From an uncultured Gallionellaceae bacterium (GTDB lineage: Bacteria; Pseudomonadota; Gammaproteobacteria; Burkholderiales; Gallionellaceae), in assembly GCA_903876625.1 (NCBI GenBank), contig CAIRAO010000330.1:1-60981 (forward strand): DNA of 60,981 nucleotides. The letters are read 5' to 3'. Made by a program: the position numbers and the translations under genes. Under the pieces are notes generated by a model. It ran no database searches. It had not been told where the DNA came from and worked only from the letters and a program-made list of their open reading frames with translations. This document shows positions 42,519 to 52,737 of this stretch, in pieces. The first letter of the stretch is position 1, and the number at the start of each line of letters is the position of its first letter.

Positions 42519-42641
42519 ATTTATTCTCCCAATGACTTTTAACCAAGGCTACTCAAGTGCGTACTTTATGACCAAACTGGCATTTTGGCAATTGCGTTGT
42601 TCAGGTGATGTAATAATGTTCCCTAATGTTAATTTTAATTT

Positions 42642-42672
42642 ACGATAAATCAACCACACGATAAATCAACCA
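42642..42672 (+). promoter_or_regulatory. Tandem direct repeat 2 x ACGATAAATCAACCA (16-bp period) just upstream of the gcv promoter
   Basis: Identical 15-mers at 42642-56 and 42658-72. TATAAT lies at 42697-42702 and there is no good -35 hexamer, which suggests an activator-dependent promoter. Confidence 0.4.
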
Positions 42673-42714
42673 TATCTACATTTCCAAATGTTCCGGTATA
42701 ATTCACCCGCCGTT

Positions 42715-42888
42715 CAAACCGACTGGGAGAGTGTGCAGTAACTTTTGCACCGCCGAAGGCGCAACACCCGTAACCGCTCAGGCTTAAGGAACCAATCGGA
42801 ACAGGCAAATCTGGAGAGCGCCGGCGCGACCGGCCACCGAAGGGGCACACGGAAAATCCGTAATCTCTCAGGTATCAAGGACAGATGG
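42715..42888 (+). promoter_or_regulatory. Tandem glycine riboswitch (two aptamers)
   Basis: Aptamer 1 is GGGAGAG...GCACCGCCGAAGGCGCAA...CUCAGGC. Aptamer 2 is CUGGAGAGCG...CCACCGAAGGGGCA...CUCUCAGG. It sits directly upstream of gcvT, the classic context. Confidence 0.85.
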
Positions 42889-42920
42889 GGCGTAGCGCGA
42901 ATTCGCGCCACGCCTTTTTT
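42889..42920 (+). terminator. Riboswitch expression-platform terminator
   Basis: ggcgtagcgcg-aatt-cgcgccacgcc (11-bp stem with one mismatch) followed by T6. Ends 18 nt before the gcvT ATG. Confidence 0.75.
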
Positions 42921-42938
42921 ATTTCCGGAAAGCCAAAA

Positions 42939-44021
42939 ATGACTCTCAAAGCAACTCCTCTAAATTCGGCGCACCGGACTATGGGCGCAAAGATGGTGGA
43001 TTTCGGCGGGTGGGATATGCCGGTAAATTACGGTTCCCAGATCGATGAACACCATCAGGTGCGCAATGATGTTGGAATGTTTGACGTGTGTCACATGCGC
43101 GTTGTGGATGCAAAAGGTGACGGAGTTCGCGCCTTTCTGCGCTACTTGCTGGCGAACAATGCCGACAAAATTACTCTTCCCGGCAAGGCACTTTACTCTG
43201 CCATGCTTAATCCAAACGGCGGGGTAATTGACGATCTCATCATTTATTTTATGACAGAACAATGGTTCCGGATTGTGGTAAATGCGGGGACGGCAGATAA
43301 AGATATTGCGTGGATGAAAGAACAAGCTTCCAAGCATGCTCCCAAATTGACCATTACTTCTCGCGATGATCTTGCGATGGTCGCCATACAAGGCCCGAAT
43401 GCACGCGCAAAAGTATGGCAAGTATTGCCGCAGACAAAGTCCGCAACTGAAGGTTTGCAAAATTTTCAAGCCTCCGACTGTGGCGAGTATTTTGTGGCGC
43501 GCACCGGTTACACTGGTGAAGATGGTTTTGAGGTAATGCTGCCAAAAGAGAAAGTAGAAGCATTCTGGTATGAGTTGAACAAAGCCGGCGTCAAACCCAT
43601 CGGGCTTGGCGCACGCGATACACTGCGTCTCGAAGCCGGCATGAACCTCTACGGGCATGACATGGACGAAACCATCAGCCCGTTGGAAGCAGGGATGGCT
43701 TGGACAGTAGACCTGAAAAGTGACCGCGATTTTATCGGCAAAGCGGCGCTGATAGCCAAACCGCCGACGCAAAAATTAGTTGGCTTGGTGTTGCTGGATC
43801 GCGGTGTCTTGCGCGACCATCAAAAAGTGCAAAGCGCTCACGGCGAAGGCGAAATAACAAGCGGGAGCTTTTCACCCACCCTGGAAAAATCGATTGCTTT
43901 AGCTCGTGTACCTCTTGGCCTACAATTCGGCGACACGGTACAAGTGGAAATACGCGATAAAAAATTGGCAGCACAAGTGGTGAAATATCCTTTTGCCCGC
44001 AATGGAAAAAGTTTGATTTAA
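42939..44021 (+). CDS. gcvT: Glycine cleavage system aminomethyltransferase (T protein)
   Basis: [15 protein letters not shown] motif. Start moved to the ATG at 42939, downstream of the riboswitch terminator. Confidence 0.95.
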   Translation: MTLKATPLNSAHRTMGAKMVDFGGWDMPVNYGSQIDEHHQVRNDVGMFDVCHMRVVDAKGDGVRAFLRYLLANNADKITLPGKALYSAMLNPNGGVIDDLIIYFMTEQWFRIVVNAGTADKDIAWMKEQASKHAPKLTITSRDDLAMVAIQGPNARAKVWQVLPQTKSATEGLQNFQASDCGEYFVARTGYTGEDGFEVMLPKEKVEAFWYELNKAGVKPIGLGARDTLRLEAGMNLYGHDMDETISPLEAGMAWTVDLKSDRDFIGKAALIAKPPTQKLVGLVLLDRGVLRDHQKVQSAHGEGEITSGSFSPTLEKSIALARVPLGLQFGDTVQVEIRDKKLAAQVVKYPFARNGKSLI

Positions 44022-44025
44022 ACAG

Positions 44026-44057
44026 GTAGGGCGGGCACGTTTTTGTGCCCGGCCTAC
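44026..44057. repeat. REP-like palindrome (GTAGGGCGGGCAC...GTGCCCGGCCTAC class) between gcvT and gcvH
   Basis: 13-bp near-perfect arms around tttt. Confidence 0.6.
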
Positions 44058-44088
44058 GAGATTCGTTCAATATTTATGGAGATACACC

Positions 44089-44478
44089 ATGAGCAATCCA
44101 AGCAACCTGAAATACACTTCATCCCACGAATGGATCAAAACCGAAGCAGATGGCACGCTCACGATCGGCATTACGCAGCACGCGCAAGAACTGTTGGGAG
44201 ACATGGTGTTCGTCGAAGCACCTGCCGTCGGGCGCAAACTCAAAGCTAAAGAAGAATGTGCAGTGGTGGAGTCGGTAAAAGCAGCTGCTGATGTATATGC
44301 GCCGGTATCCGGTGAAGTTACCGCCGTAAATAACGAACTGGATAGCGCTCCTGAGAAAATTAACAGCGACCCTTATGGCGCCTGGATTTTCAAGATGAAG
44401 CCGGAGAATGCTGCTGATGTTTCTGCACTGCTGGATGCGGCTGCCTACCAAGCTTTGGTTGATAGCGAAGCGCACTAA
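44089..44478 (+). CDS. gcvH: Glycine cleavage system H protein (lipoyl carrier)
   Basis: Lipoyl-Lys motif VESVKAA and 129 aa length. Confidence 0.95.
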   Translation: MSNPSNLKYTSSHEWIKTEADGTLTIGITQHAQELLGDMVFVEAPAVGRKLKAKEECAVVESVKAAADVYAPVSGEVTAVNNELDSAPEKINSDPYGAWIFKMKPENAADVSALLDAAAYQALVDSEAH

Positions 44479-44511
44479 CGGTCTTGGCAATGACCTCTTA
44501 AATGAAACAAC

Positions 44512-44572
44512 ATCAAATCACCCTCCGCTTCGCTCCACCCCCTTTTACAAAGTGGGGTTAGGGTGATTTGAT
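44512..44572. repeat. REP-like palindromic element that shares a 20-nt core with the window start
   Basis: Outer arms atcaaatcaccc / gggtgatttgat. The core ccctccgcttcgctccaccc (44521-40) is the reverse complement of nt 1-20. Confidence 0.65.
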
Positions 44573-44599
44573 TTAACCCAACCGACAAATCAAATTCCC

Positions 44600-47452
44600 A
44601 TGACCGACCAATTCGTAAATCGCCATAACGGCTCAAACGCACAAGATGTGCAAGCCATGTTGAAGAAGATCAACGCCTTGTCGCTTGATGCGCTGGTTGA
44701 TCAAACCGTTCCTGCCTCAATCCGTTTGAAATCCCCGCTGAACCTGCCTGAAGGCATGAGTGAGTACGCTTTTCTGCAACATCTGCGCGACATTGCGAAA
44801 AAAAATAAACTTTTCAAGACTTATATCGGCTTGGGTTATTACGACACCATTTTGCCCCCTGTGATCCAGCGCAATGTTCTGGAAAATCCGGGTTGGTACA
44901 CCGCCTATACACCTTACCAAGCTGAGATTGCGCAAGGCCGCCTGGAAGCGCTGCTGAATTTCCAGACCATGATTGTTGACTTGACTGGCATGGAGATCGC
45001 CAACGCATCGTTACTGGATGAAGCCACCGCGGCTGCCGAAGCAATGACCATGCTGCACGGTCTGCGTTCGCGCGATGATGTAGCTCTTGGCAAGAACAGT
45101 TTCTTTGTGTCGCACGAATGTTTTCCCCAGACGATTGAATTGCTCAGGACACGTGCCAAGCCGTTAGGCATCGAATTGGTGATTGGCGATTTTAAAACCG
45201 TTACTTTGGATGATTCGTTATACGGTGCATTGCTGCAATATCCGACTGCCGATGGCGCGGTTCATGACTACGCCGATTTCGTCTCTCACGCCAAAGCACA
45301 TGGCATGACCATCGCGGTGGCCGCTGATATTCTAAGTTTGGTATTACTTACACCGCCGGGCGAATGGGGTGCAGATGTGGTACTCGGTTCAACACAACGT
45401 TTCGGCGTGCCAATGGGTTACGGTGGCCCGCACGCTGCCTACTTTGCCTGCCGTGACGCTCATAAACGCTCGATGCCAGGGCGGATCATCGGCGTATCTG
45501 TCGATGCCGACGGGAATCCTGCATTGCGCATGGCGCTGCAAACACGCGAGCAACATATTCGCCGTGAGAAGGCGACTTCTAACATTTGCACCGCTCAAGC
45601 TTTGTTGGCGATCATGGCAAGTATGTATGCGGTGTATCACGGTGCGGAAGGTCTGCGCGACATTGCGAGGCAAGTGCATCTGTCCGCCGTATCTTTGGCC
45701 GGAGAGTTGAAAAAACTGGGTTACACCGTCTACGAAGGTGTTTACTTCGACACGCTTAAATTAAAGCACACTGACAATGCCAGGATTCTCGCGCTGGCAA
45801 CAGCCGCACAAATCAACTTCCGTTATCTCACCGACGGGCTGACCATTTCTCTGGATCAAACCACCTCGGTGGATGATCTCAACGCAATCATTTCCGTTTT
45901 CTCCCACGCAGCGGGCAGGCCGGCAACAAAGTTAACCGTAGAACAAATTACTTCCCAAACGTTGCTTGTAACACAGCGCCAATCTTCCATCTTGAGCCAC
46001 CCGATATTTAAAACCTATCATTCCGAATCAGAGATGATGCGTTACATCAAAAGGCTGGAGAATAAAGATTTGTCACTGACGCACTCTATGATTTCACTTG
46101 GTTCCTGCACGATGAAACTCAATGCCGCCTCCGAACTGCTTGCGCTGACATGGCCTGAGTTCGCCAACTTGCATCCGTTCGTGCCCTTGGAACAAGCCGA
46201 AGGATATCGGGAAGTGATTGCCGGTTTGGACGCTGCACTTTCCGAGATCACCGGCTTTGCAAAAATGAGCTTCCAACCCAACAGCGGAGCCTCAGGCGAA
46301 TACGCGGGCTTGCTTGTGATACAGGCGTATCACCATTCTCGTGGTGAATCACAACGCAACGTGGTGTTGATCCCTTCTTCGGCACACGGCACTAATCCGG
46401 CCAGTGCTGCAATGTGTGGCTTGAACATCGTGGTGGTGAAATGCGACGCCACCGGCAACATCGACGTAAGCGATCTGCGTGAAAAAACTGAACTGCATAA
46501 GGCCAATTTGTCGTGCCTGATGGTGACCTACCCCAGCACCCATGGCGTATATGAAGAAGGCATCAAGGACATCACCCGCATCATTCATGATAACGGCGGA
46601 CAGGTATACATGGACGGCGCGAACATGAATGCTCAAGTAGGCCTGACCAACCCGGGTAGCATCGGTGCAGACGTGTGTCACTTGAATCTGCACAAGACCT
46701 TTGCTATTCCGCATGGCGGCGGCGGGCCTGGTGCCGGCCCTATTGGTGTCGCCGCGCATCTCACTCCGTTCCTGCCATCGCACCCCCTAGTAAAGGTTGG
46801 CGGCGCACAAGGCATTCACGCTGTTTCCGCAGCACCTTACGGCAGCGCGCTAATCCTGTTGATCTCTTACGGCTACATCAAGATGATGGGTGGCGAGGGC
46901 CTTACCCAAGCCACCCGCATGGCGATCCTTAACGCCAACTACATCAAGGAATCGTTGAAAGATCATTACGCCACTTTGTACAGCGGCGCCAATGGTCGCT
47001 GTGCGCACGAGATGATTTTGAATTGCATTCCATTCAAAAAAGATGCCGGAATTGAAGTGGCAGATATAGCCAAACGGCTCATGGATTTTGGCTTCCACGC
47101 TCCGACCACCTCTTTCCCGGTAGTTGACACGCTGATGGTCGAACCGACTGAGAGCGAATCAAAAGCCGAGCTGGATCGTTTCTGCTTGGCAATGATCGCC
47201 ATCCGTGGTGAAATTGATGAGATCATTGCAGGCAAGGCCGACAAAAAAGATAATGTCATCAAACATGCGCCTCATACAGCAAAAGCGGTTGTGTCCGATA
47301 ATTGGGCGCGACCTTATTCAAGAGAGAAAGCGGTTTTCCCTTTATCCTGGGTACGCGATAATAAATTTTGGCCTAGCGTGGCGAGAGTGGATAATGTATA
47401 CGGGGACAAGAATCTGGTTTGTGTTTGTCCGGCGGTTACAAACCATCATTAA
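44600..47452 (+). CDS. gcvP: Glycine dehydrogenase (decarboxylating), single-chain P protein
   Basis: 950 aa. PLP Lys region [19 protein letters not shown]. Confidence 0.95.
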   Translation: MTDQFVNRHNGSNAQDVQAMLKKINALSLDALVDQTVPASIRLKSPLNLPEGMSEYAFLQHLRDIAKKNKLFKTYIGLGYYDTILPPVIQRNVLENPGWYTAYTPYQAEIAQGRLEALLNFQTMIVDLTGMEIANASLLDEATAAAEAMTMLHGLRSRDDVALGKNSFFVSHECFPQTIELLRTRAKPLGIELVIGDFKTVTLDDSLYGALLQYPTADGAVHDYADFVSHAKAHGMTIAVAADILSLVLLTPPGEWGADVVLGSTQRFGVPMGYGGPHAAYFACRDAHKRSMPGRIIGVSVDADGNPALRMALQTREQHIRREKATSNICTAQALLAIMASMYAVYHGAEGLRDIARQVHLSAVSLAGELKKLGYTVYEGVYFDTLKLKHTDNARILALATAAQINFRYLTDGLTISLDQTTSVDDLNAIISVFSHAAGRPATKLTVEQITSQTLLVTQRQSSILSHPIFKTYHSESEMMRYIKRLENKDLSLTHSMISLGSCTMKLNAASELLALTWPEFANLHPFVPLEQAEGYREVIAGLDAALSEITGFAKMSFQPNSGASGEYAGLLVIQAYHHSRGESQRNVVLIPSSAHGTNPASAAMCGLNIVVVKCDATGNIDVSDLREKTELHKANLSCLMVTYPSTHGVYEEGIKDITRIIHDNGGQVYMDGANMNAQVGLTNPGSIGADVCHLNLHKTFAIPHGGGGPGAGPIGVAAHLTPFLPSHPLVKVGGAQGIHAVSAAPYGSALILLISYGYIKMMGGEGLTQATRMAILNANYIKESLKDHYATLYSGANGRCAHEMILNCIPFKKDAGIEVADIAKRLMDFGFHAPTTSFPVVDTLMVEPTESESKAELDRFCLAMIAIRGEIDEIIAGKADKKDNVIKHAPHTAKAVVSDNWARPYSREKAVFPLSWVRDNKFWPSVARVDNVYGDKNLVCVCPAVTNHH

Positions 47453-47461
47453 CTAGTTCGT

Positions 47462-47483
47462 CATTCCCGCCTTCGCGGGAATG
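47462..47483. repeat. REP-like hairpin (CATTCCCGC-cttc-GCGGGAATG class) downstream of gcvP
   Basis: 9-bp perfect arms. Likely also acts as a transcript-end stabiliser. Confidence 0.6.
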
Positions 47484-47513
47484 GCAAATTGCTGAAAACT
47501 CAAGGAGAACATC

Positions 47514-48035
47514 ATGACCAAAGAAACCAGCAACAACACCTCCGTCACACTCGGTGGCGCTCCAGTAACCTTGTTTGGCGCTTTTCCGACTTTGGGCCAA
47601 ATTGCTCCGCCGTTCACGTTAGTGGCTAAAGACTTGAAAGATGTGTCGCTGCAAAGTTTTGCAGGAAAACGCAAAGTGCTTAACATCGTGCCAAGCCTCG
47701 ACACCGCCGTGTGCGCCACGTCCACCCGCAAATTTAACGAAACGGCAAGCAAGCTGAGTAATACTGTCGTGCTGGTTATCTCTGCCGACTTACCCTTCGC
47801 CATGAGCCGTTTTTGTGTAGCTGAAGGATTGGAAAACGTCGTCACGCTGTCACTGATGCGTGGTCGGGATTTCATGCGTAACTACGGTGTTAAGATTGCC
47901 GACACTGCGTTAGCAGGTGTAACTGCCCGCGCCGTATTGGTATTGGATGAAAGTGACCGGATTATTCATGCTGAATTAGTTTCAGATATCAAACATGAAC
48001 CGAATTATGATGCCGCAATAGCTGTATTAAAATGA
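47514..48035 (+). CDS. tpx: Thiol peroxidase (atypical 2-Cys peroxiredoxin)
   Basis: [11 protein letters not shown] peroxidatic Cys motif and resolving Cys in FCVAEG. SD AAGGAG. Confidence 0.9.
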   Translation: MTKETSNNTSVTLGGAPVTLFGAFPTLGQIAPPFTLVAKDLKDVSLQSFAGKRKVLNIVPSLDTAVCATSTRKFNETASKLSNTVVLVISADLPFAMSRFCVAEGLENVVTLSLMRGRDFMRNYGVKIADTALAGVTARAVLVLDESDRIIHAELVSDIKHEPNYDAAIAVLK

Positions 48036-48058
48036 GTTCAACCAATCAATAAGGTCTT

Positions 48059-48781
48059 ATGAATGCGCCCGCGACTCCGGTAAAAAAAACCGTTTCAGCC
48101 AATTTGCTGTTTCGTTCTCGCATAGAGATTTGTCGCTTTCTGGATGTGCTGGCGCATGAGCGTTGCGCTATATCTGCTCATACTAAAAACCGTCAACCCT
48201 TTGCATCGCACCTGCTAGCGGTCAACGCGGTCACCGGACATTTCGTTATTGAATATTGCCATCACAAAACGATCAATGTGATGGTGCTCAATTCTCCATC
48301 CATGGAGTTTACGGCACTTCACCAGGATCAGCATTTCACATTCGAGGGAACCTCGCCAGAAGAAACACTATTTGAGAATCATCCGGCAATTCAATTTGAT
48401 TTGCCGAAAACGTTGCTACTGCATAACCGTCGCGAGCACCCACGCATACCCATCCCGGATAACATCTCCCTGCGCTGCATTGCAGATGAAGCAGGATTTA
48501 TTCCTTTTGAGTCGCACATCACTGACATCAGTCACGACGGTTTGGGATGCCTGATTTACGATCCAGACATCGTCCTCGAAAAAGGCAATATCCTAAAAGG
48601 CTGCCGAATTATCTTGCCAAACGGGGATGCTGTCACTGTCGATGTTGAGCTGAGATACGCTACACCTGTAACGCTCCCCGACGGCACCAAAGTGAATCGT
48701 GCCGGTTTACATTTCATTCAAACACCCGACGAAATGAGAAAGCTGATTAACTATTTCATCCAGGATTTGGATAAAAAATAA
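48059..48781 (+). CDS. YcgR-like c-di-GMP receptor (PilZN + PilZ domains)
   Basis: PilZ motifs RREHPR (RxxxR) and DISHDGLG (DxSxxG). Confidence 0.75.
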   Translation: MNAPATPVKKTVSANLLFRSRIEICRFLDVLAHERCAISAHTKNRQPFASHLLAVNAVTGHFVIEYCHHKTINVMVLNSPSMEFTALHQDQHFTFEGTSPEETLFENHPAIQFDLPKTLLLHNRREHPRIPIPDNISLRCIADEAGFIPFESHITDISHDGLGCLIYDPDIVLEKGNILKGCRIILPNGDAVTVDVELRYATPVTLPDGTKVNRAGLHFIQTPDEMRKLINYFIQDLDKK

Positions 48782-48821
48782 TATTTTATTTCCCATTAAC
48801 ATTACCAGTTTCAAACAAAAT

Positions 48822-49760
48822 ATGAATACTCTCATCTGCGGCTCCTTGGCTTACGACACTATCATGGTGTTCAAGGATAAATTCAAAAATCATATCCTCC
48901 CCGAACAACTTCATATTCTCAACGTCGCCTTTTTGGTTCCGGAAATGCGCCGCGAATATGGCGGTTGCGCAGGCAACATCGCTTACAACTTGCAACTGTT
49001 GGGAGGATATCCGCAGATCATGGCAACAGTGGGCGACGATTTTGCGCCCTACTCCACTCGCCTGGAAAAACTAGGCTTGTCGCAAAACCACATTCGAACC
49101 GTTCCCGGCAACTTTACTGGACAAGCATTCATTACAACCGACCTTGATGATAACCAGATCACTGCTTTTCATCCGGGCGCGATGAGCATGTCACATCTAA
49201 ACCATATTACTGACGCGAAAGATGTATCGCTTGGTATCGTTTCACCGGATGGCCGCGACGGTATGTTGAACCACGCACAAGAATTCGCAGAAGCCGGCAT
49301 TCCGTTCGTGTTCGATCCGGGTCAGGGTATGCCGATGTTTTCCGGGAGTGAGTTGCTCGATTTCATCGATCAGGCGAATTACATCACGGTGAACGATTAC
49401 GAAGCCAAGTTGCTACAAGATAAAACCGGCAAGACGCTCGCCGATATCGCACAGCGCGTAACAGCGCTAATCATTACCCTTGGTTCAGATGGCTCGCTGA
49501 TTTATGCTGACAATAGGCAAATAGCCATTCCTACCCCCAAACCAAAGGCTATAGTCGACCCAACTGGGTGCGGTGATGCGTATCGTGCCGGTTTGTTATA
49601 TGGAATTACCAGTGGTTGGGATTGGGAAACAACAGGGCGACTGGGTTCGCTCATGGGTTCGCTCAAAATTGCGAGTCGAGGCGGGCAGAATCATCGGTAT
49701 TCCCAAGGTGAGATCGCTGATTTGTATAAGCAGCACTTTGGACTTGCGATCAACTTGTAA
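48822..49760 (+). CDS. PfkB-family carbohydrate/nucleoside kinase
   Basis: GGCAGN N-terminal motif and the C-terminal DPTGCGDAYRAG ATP/anion-hole motif. Confidence 0.8.
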   Translation: MNTLICGSLAYDTIMVFKDKFKNHILPEQLHILNVAFLVPEMRREYGGCAGNIAYNLQLLGGYPQIMATVGDDFAPYSTRLEKLGLSQNHIRTVPGNFTGQAFITTDLDDNQITAFHPGAMSMSHLNHITDAKDVSLGIVSPDGRDGMLNHAQEFAEAGIPFVFDPGQGMPMFSGSELLDFIDQANYITVNDYEAKLLQDKTGKTLADIAQRVTALIITLGSDGSLIYADNRQIAIPTPKPKAIVDPTGCGDAYRAGLLYGITSGWDWETTGRLGSLMGSLKIASRGGQNHRYSQGEIADLYKQHFGLAINL

Positions 49761-49822
49761 TCTACTGAGCTGGTAGCGACTGAGGGTGAGGATGAGCACT
49801 CAACTCCATCCGGGAAAAAAGT

Positions 49823-50437
49823 TCACAACTCAACTCCCGTGAAATGCTTCTTCACAATGTCGCGTAACTGCGTTAATCGCCCATGAAAAAAATGTTCAGC
49901 CGCCGGTAACACGATAATGGGTAAATGCTGTGGACGCGCCCAGTCAAGCACGTCAGCAAGCGGCACTACTTCATCATTTTCTCCATGTATAACGAGCGTA
50001 TCCTTTGGAACTTGTGGCATTTCAAAACGCCCCACTGCTGGTGCGGCCAAAATCAAATGACGCGGATTCAGTTTTTCTGCCGCACGTGCGGCTACATAAC
50101 CTCCAAAAGAAAAACCTGAAAGAATGAGAGGCAATTCTCCGAATTGATCACGCGCAAAGTCTGCAACAGCGAGTGCATCCTCCAGTTCGCCATCACCTCC
50201 GGTAAATTCACCCTCGCTTGCACCCACACCACGATAATTAAATCTAAGCGAGACACATCCCAATTCACAAAAAGTCTTCGCCAGCGTCACCGCAACTTTG
50301 TTATCCATCGTACCGCCCATCGTGGGCAAAGGATGACAAATCAACGCAATAACGCTAGCTTCATCTTTTGGAATATGAACCATCCCTTCGAGATGACCTG
50401 CCTTGCCAATTGTAGAAAATGATTGCAGAACTGACAT
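49823..50437 (-). CDS. Alpha/beta hydrolase (small, 204 aa)
   Basis: GFSFGG nucleophile elbow and C-terminal AEHFFHG. The start shares 1 nt with the ferredoxin gene stop. Confidence 0.7.
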   Translation of the reverse strand: MSVLQSFSTIGKAGHLEGMVHIPKDEASVIALICHPLPTMGGTMDNKVAVTLAKTFCELGCVSLRFNYRGVGASEGEFTGGDGELEDALAVADFARDQFGELPLILSGFSFGGYVAARAAEKLNPRHLILAAPAVGRFEMPQVPKDTLVIHGENDEVVPLADVLDWARPQHLPIIVLPAAEHFFHGRLTQLRDIVKKHFTGVEL

Positions 50438-50748
50438 CAGATTTTCAGGCGCTCAACGATGCGTCCATTCTTCAAATGTGACTCAATGATCTCGTCAAGA
50501 TCCGTTTCGTCAACATAGGTATACCAAGCTCCCTCGGGATAGACCACAAGCACTGGTCCCTCATCGCAGCGGTCGAGGCAGCCAGCCGAATTGATACGGA
50601 TTTTATTGTTGCGATCTGAAATGCCCAGTTTTTTGACTTTGTCTTTCACATAATCGCGGGCTTTTTGTGCGCCGTATTTATTACAGCAATCGCTACCGTC
50701 TGCTCGCTGGTTGGTGCAAAAAAATACGTGTTTATCAAAATAGCTCAT
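50437..50748 (-). CDS. Thioredoxin-like [2Fe-2S] ferredoxin
   Basis: HVFFCTN...CC...GCLDRCDEGPVLVVYPEG pattern. Start moved to ATG 50746-50748 behind AAGGA. Confidence 0.8.
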   Translation of the reverse strand: MSYFDKHVFFCTNQRADGSDCCNKYGAQKARDYVKDKVKKLGISDRNNKIRINSAGCLDRCDEGPVLVVYPEGAWYTYVDETDLDEIIESHLKNGRIVERLKI

Positions 50749-50817
50749 AGTATTTATTTCCTTGTCTGACTGAGACTTACAACTCAAAATTCCCTCACCT
50801 CATATCCCTGCATTTTA

Positions 50818-51891
50818 CTACTCTCGTCGCATGGCGCCACGCCACAAATACCCTAGCAATAGCAAAGGAAATAGCAACACCACTGTCTGCGATAAACCAT
50901 TGTAGGTGAGCAGATGTCCGTAATGCCATTGATACAAGCGCATTGAGGCGGAAGGCGACCCGCTATGCAATATCCCATGCGCCAGTACCAAATAAATGCC
51001 TGCCACGAGAACGCCCAAGCGCATCAAATAAGGTTTTGCCAGCCAACCGGTAAGCACCATCAACAATACGCCCGCGAAGATGCCAAACACTGCTTCACCA
51101 TTCAGCCATAACAACAGCGCCCATGATTTAAGCAGAGCAACTGCTGCGATAAATTTCGTCAACGTGATCATAAACAGCACCAGTAGCAAGCCACCCACCG
51201 CATGACGACGTGACCGTAAAAGGGTCAACAATAAAATTCCGAGCATCAGCAAATTTAGCGCGACTGTCACACTCTCAAGCCAACTAAATGGTTCCACTTT
51301 CGGTGGCACAAAAGGTTGTCGCGCCATTTCGGTTATAAAAACATTTCCCAATATCGGCATAGAAGGATTGATCTGCGCGAACATCCACAACGCCACCAAC
51401 GCCAAGCCGAAGTCCACTCCTGGACCACGCTGAAATATTTTGAAACGAGCGTGCATCAAATAAAAAAACCAGGCTCTTGGCACGATACTCACTGCCAGTA
51501 AGGCACCAGACAACATGCCGATTCCATTCATCAGCAGGTCGACGTTTGAGCTGATACGACTGGGTAAATACATTTGCATGTATTCCATCAAAGCCGAAAG
51601 AAGCAACCCAATCAATGTCCCCAATACAACTGTCCACACCGCATTTACCCTCGTTCGCAGTGTCAAGCCAAGCAATAACCCGAAAGGTAAATAGGCCGAA
51701 AAATTGGTAACTGCATCGAACCATGAATAGGTCTGTTTCAGCGGGGATAGCAGTACCGCAGAGAACTCCAAACCTTGTTCCTGCCATCCGGTGAATGGTG
51801 TAAGACTCGCGTACACGATAAATAGAGCATAGCCCGCCGTTAAATAACTGCGCAGTGAAGTGTGTGAACGGTATGAGGGCGAGCGTCTCAT
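50818..51891 (-). CDS. VanZ-family membrane protein with an extended C-terminal polytopic domain
   Basis: N-terminal VanZ signatures (FIVYASLTPF, EYMQMYLPSRISSNVDLLMNGIGMLSG) and about 10 hydrophobic segments. Confidence 0.7.
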   Translation of the reverse strand: MRRSPSYRSHTSLRSYLTAGYALFIVYASLTPFTGWQEQGLEFSAVLLSPLKQTYSWFDAVTNFSAYLPFGLLLGLTLRTRVNAVWTVVLGTLIGLLLSALMEYMQMYLPSRISSNVDLLMNGIGMLSGALLAVSIVPRAWFFYLMHARFKIFQRGPGVDFGLALVALWMFAQINPSMPILGNVFITEMARQPFVPPKVEPFSWLESVTVALNLLMLGILLLTLLRSRRHAVGGLLLVLFMITLTKFIAAVALLKSWALLLWLNGEAVFGIFAGVLLMVLTGWLAKPYLMRLGVLVAGIYLVLAHGILHSGSPSASMRLYQWHYGHLLTYNGLSQTVVLLFPLLLLGYLWRGAMRRE

Positions 51892-51964
51892 TTTTCTGAT
51901 TTTACGCTACTAGCGACGATAGGATTACGGAATAGCAAATGAAGACATGATCTAATAACTCAAA

Positions 51965-52699
51965 TTAGAACCGCTCGTAAGTTGGTAAATATCGCCATTG
52001 CCCTGCTTGTAATTTTGCCATCGATACTCGCCCAATTCTAATGCGCCTCATTACCAACACGTTCAGCCCGACACTTTTGCACATGTGCGAGATCTGGCCA
52101 GGTAGCAGTCCTTTAAGAGCGAAGCGAAGATGGGTTTCGTTTTGCCAGCTTACTTTGATCGGTGGCAGCACTTTGCCGTTAAAATTGAGTTCGTGGTTGA
52201 GCAGTTTGAGACCATCAGCTGGTAGCTCGCCTGCAACCTCCACCACGTACTCTTGTTCGATAGTGGCGGCACCATCGTTCAACTTGCGCGTTATACGAAA
52301 ATCCTGGGAGAGCACCAACAGGCCGCTGGCATTCACCTCTAGTGGCAGGCATTGCGTGAGATGCGAAAAGTGATGCTTGAGTATGCGGATGCCCGAATGA
52401 TCGTCTGCGGCGCGCGAGTCGGCAGACAACATTGGCAGAGTGAAGTTTGTATCGGGCGGCTGATGAAACAGAATTGTCGCTGACTCGATCGGCGTGGGCT
52501 TGGCATTTGGGTGCAGTTCTACTCGCTGCTCCGATACCATGAACTGGGGCTCTTCCACCACTTGCGCATCGACCGATACCCAGCCGCCCGCAATATAAAG
52601 TTCAGCCTCGCGCCGAGAGCAGTTTACTAATTCGATAAGGCGTTTGGCTAAACGGACTGGACTGGTCATAACGTATTTCTTGGAGACATGTGATGCCAT
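51965..52699 (-). CDS. RsuA/RluB-family pseudouridine synthase-like protein with a degenerate active site
   Basis: S4 domain RLAKRLIEL...REAELYIAGGWVSV. The catalytic motif position reads LPLEVNASGLLVL instead of GRLDxxTxGLLLL, with a Glu codon at 52337-52339. The start may instead be Met11 (52669). Confidence 0.7.
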   Translation of the reverse strand: MASHVSKKYVMTSPVRLAKRLIELVNCSRREAELYIAGGWVSVDAQVVEEPQFMVSEQRVELHPNAKPTPIESATILFHQPPDTNFTLPMLSADSRAADDHSGIRILKHHFSHLTQCLPLEVNASGLLVLSQDFRITRKLNDGAATIEQEYVVEVAGELPADGLKLLNHELNFNGKVLPPIKVSWQNETHLRFALKGLLPGQISHMCKSVGLNVLVMRRIRIGRVSMAKLQAGQWRYLPTYERF

Positions 52700-52737
52700 T
52701 GTAAACGCTCACGCCCCAGATTCAGTAAAATGAACAC

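Noticed and set aside
42346-42648. Track ORFs 42346..42648 (+, 100 aa) and 42355..42546 (-, 63 aa) in the thiD-gcv spacer.
   Set aside because: Neither has an SD or a plausible fold. The 63-aa frame is Cys/Arg/His-rich. The 59-aa frame at 42339-42518 explains the region better.
42960-43772. A 270-aa antisense ORF covering most of gcvT, the longest shadow ORF in the window.
   Set aside because: It is Cys/His/Phe/Arg-rich and not protein-like, with no ribosome-binding site. It lies in the frame opposite a strongly supported gene (gcvT motifs plus riboswitch), where stop codons are depleted by the sense-strand codon pattern. It is a mirror-frame artefact.
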